Source: a virus
IMG/VR virus record: IMGVR_UViG_3300029882_000002
Reading direction: 5' to 3' (one strand)
Length of the DNA stretch: 64,000 nucleotides
Positions 62,871 to 64,000 of the stretch are shown piece after piece (position 1 is the stretch's first letter; each line of letters starts with the position of its first letter). A program made the translations under genes and the position numbers. Below the pieces are notes generated by a model that did not search any database, was not told where the DNA came from, and worked only from the letters and a program-made list of their open reading frames with translations.

Positions 62871-64000
62871 TTACTTCAGATTGCTATTTGCCCGGACTTG
62901 CGCAAAGGTCTGGTCGTTGTACGATACACCATTCTCGTACACAACACGCAGAAGATTCTGACTCTCAGGACGCGAGCCTTTCGGGACAGCAATCATTTTG
63001 CCTGTAGCGTCATATACAACCATCTGACGACCCTTCAGCGACGCTTTCTCAGGTGCAGTAATCGGACTCTTGTTGATACCCGTCCAATGTTCACCATCAG
63101 CGGAAATCGCTGAAGCCTTCTGCGCCCAACCTAAGTCATCCCGCATAACTTCTTGCAACAGCGCACCACCCATACCGTACCCGTTATTCTCGATTGAGAG
63201 CTTGTTAAGCTCCAAAGCGTGACAGATACCGTTAATGGATGTACGGTTTACGCCGTCACCCTGGATAATGCGTGCTGCAGGGTTCACCACATCGTAACCC
63301 TTCTTATTGGTGTGGAAACCGTAAGAGTTAGCGATAGACTTAACCGCGTAAACAACTTCTGCGATAGGCTTACCTGAGTCAAGACGGATGACGGCGGTAC
63401 CACCTTTCGCCAAGACCTTATCCTTCAACTGCTTGCCCCAGATGTTATCTACTGAGTTACGTTGATCGTAAGCATCGCAAACACACGCGTACTTCTTGCC
63501 TTCGCCACCATACACATCAATCATGCGTTCGTAAGCTTGGGCTTCCCTTTCACGACCCCATGCGGTCACGGTGAAATGTTCCATGGCAGGAATTGAATAC
63601 CCCGCCATCCATTCATCGTAGAACTCGGTTGCGGCCTCTAAGGCTGGGACAGTATCAGTGCCCATAAAGTTGATCAAATGCGACATACCACCAAGCGCAG
63701 CTGATTCTTCAGAACTGGCACCGCGACCCCCAAAGTCATGCAAGCGAAATGCAAGCTCTTCCTCGGGATTATCGCACGTTTGCTCTAACCACTTACGCAA
63801 GTCCTGTTTGATATGCCAGCTCAGTGTAGCGACCGAAGACTGATACCATGCAGCACGCAGAATCTCGGTCTCAAGAAACGAACCAAGAGTCGGCAATAAC
63901 GGGTCCGTGCTTACTACCTGATAACACGGGACACCGACCGGAACAATCAACCCCTCGGGAAGAGCTTCAATGCGAACCGGAGGCAGTCCGTTATGGACCT
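62871..64000 (-). CDS. nadV: nicotinamide phosphoribosyltransferase (partial; N-terminus beyond window end)
   Basis: RLHDFGGRGASSEESAALGGMSHLINFMGTDT, VIRLDSGKP and IIQGDGV blocks are characteristic of NAMPT/NadV. The frame stays open from 63951 to the window edge (...PPVRIEALPEGLIVPVG...). Confidence 0.85.
   Translation of the reverse strand, partial: VHNGLPPVRIEALPEGLIVPVGVPCYQVVSTDPLLPTLGSFLETEILRAAWYQSSVATLSWHIKQDLRKWLEQTCDNPEEELAFRLHDFGGRGASSEESAALGGMSHLINFMGTDTVPALEAATEFYDEWMAGYSIPAMEHFTVTAWGREREAQAYERMIDVYGGEGKKYACVCDAYDQRNSVDNIWGKQLKDKVLAKGGTAVIRLDSGKPIAEVVYAVKSIANSYGFHTNKKGYDVVNPAARIIQGDGVNRTSINGICHALELNKLSIENNGYGMGGALLQEVMRDDLGWAQKASAISADGEHWTGINKSPITAPEKASLKGRQMVVYDATGKMIAVPKGSRPESQNLLRVVYENGVSYNDQTFAQVRANSNLK

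Noticed and set aside
62600-63113. Plus-strand ORFs 62600..62800, 62825..63007 and 62898..63113
   Set aside because: The last two are antisense to nadV. The first is antisense to two RBS-supported, ATGA-coupled minus-strand micro-ORFs, and the whole region is transcribed on the minus strand.

Overview
Densely packed segment (about 95 ORFs, very short intergenic gaps, frequent ATGA/TAATG start-stop coupling) of a large tailed dsDNA phage genome of the contractile-tail type. I saw no rRNA, tRNA or CRISPR array. There are three transcription blocks. (1) 1-3916, minus strand: two tandem paralogous tail-fibre genes, the first running off the window. (2) 3988-20936, plus strand: a replication/recombination module (Cas4/RecB-like nuclease, clamp-loader AAA+ ATPase, Rad50/SbcC-like ATPase, beta-clamp-like protein, SF2 helicase, a Dam-type methyltransferase interrupted by one in-frame TAA, DnaB-like helicase), ending at a bidirectional terminator. 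(3) 21084-64000, minus strand: a virion module (tail tube, tail sheath, candidate major capsid protein, acidic scaffold, prohead protease, a 1552-aa SNF2-domain protein). It is interleaved with a papain-like peptidase, a second Dam methyltransferase, a Zn-ribbon/PD-(D/E)XK endonuclease, an HNH endonuclease and one opposite-strand GNAT-like moron. An auxiliary-metabolism block follows (dCMP deaminase, Nudix hydrolase, homospermidine-synthase-like enzyme, MazG-like pyrophosphatase, two ACP-like proteins, NadV). The most unusual signal is a short peptide tag, roughly K-h-x-A-A-x-R-L-h-A (h = hydrophobic). It recurs 15 times on 12 otherwise unrelated minus-strand proteins, mostly as the extreme N-terminus but also internally and at C-termini, and its carriers include metabolic enzymes. 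I interpret it as a candidate targeting/processing signal that I do not recognise from described systems. All functional calls come from motif recognition by eye; no database search was possible.
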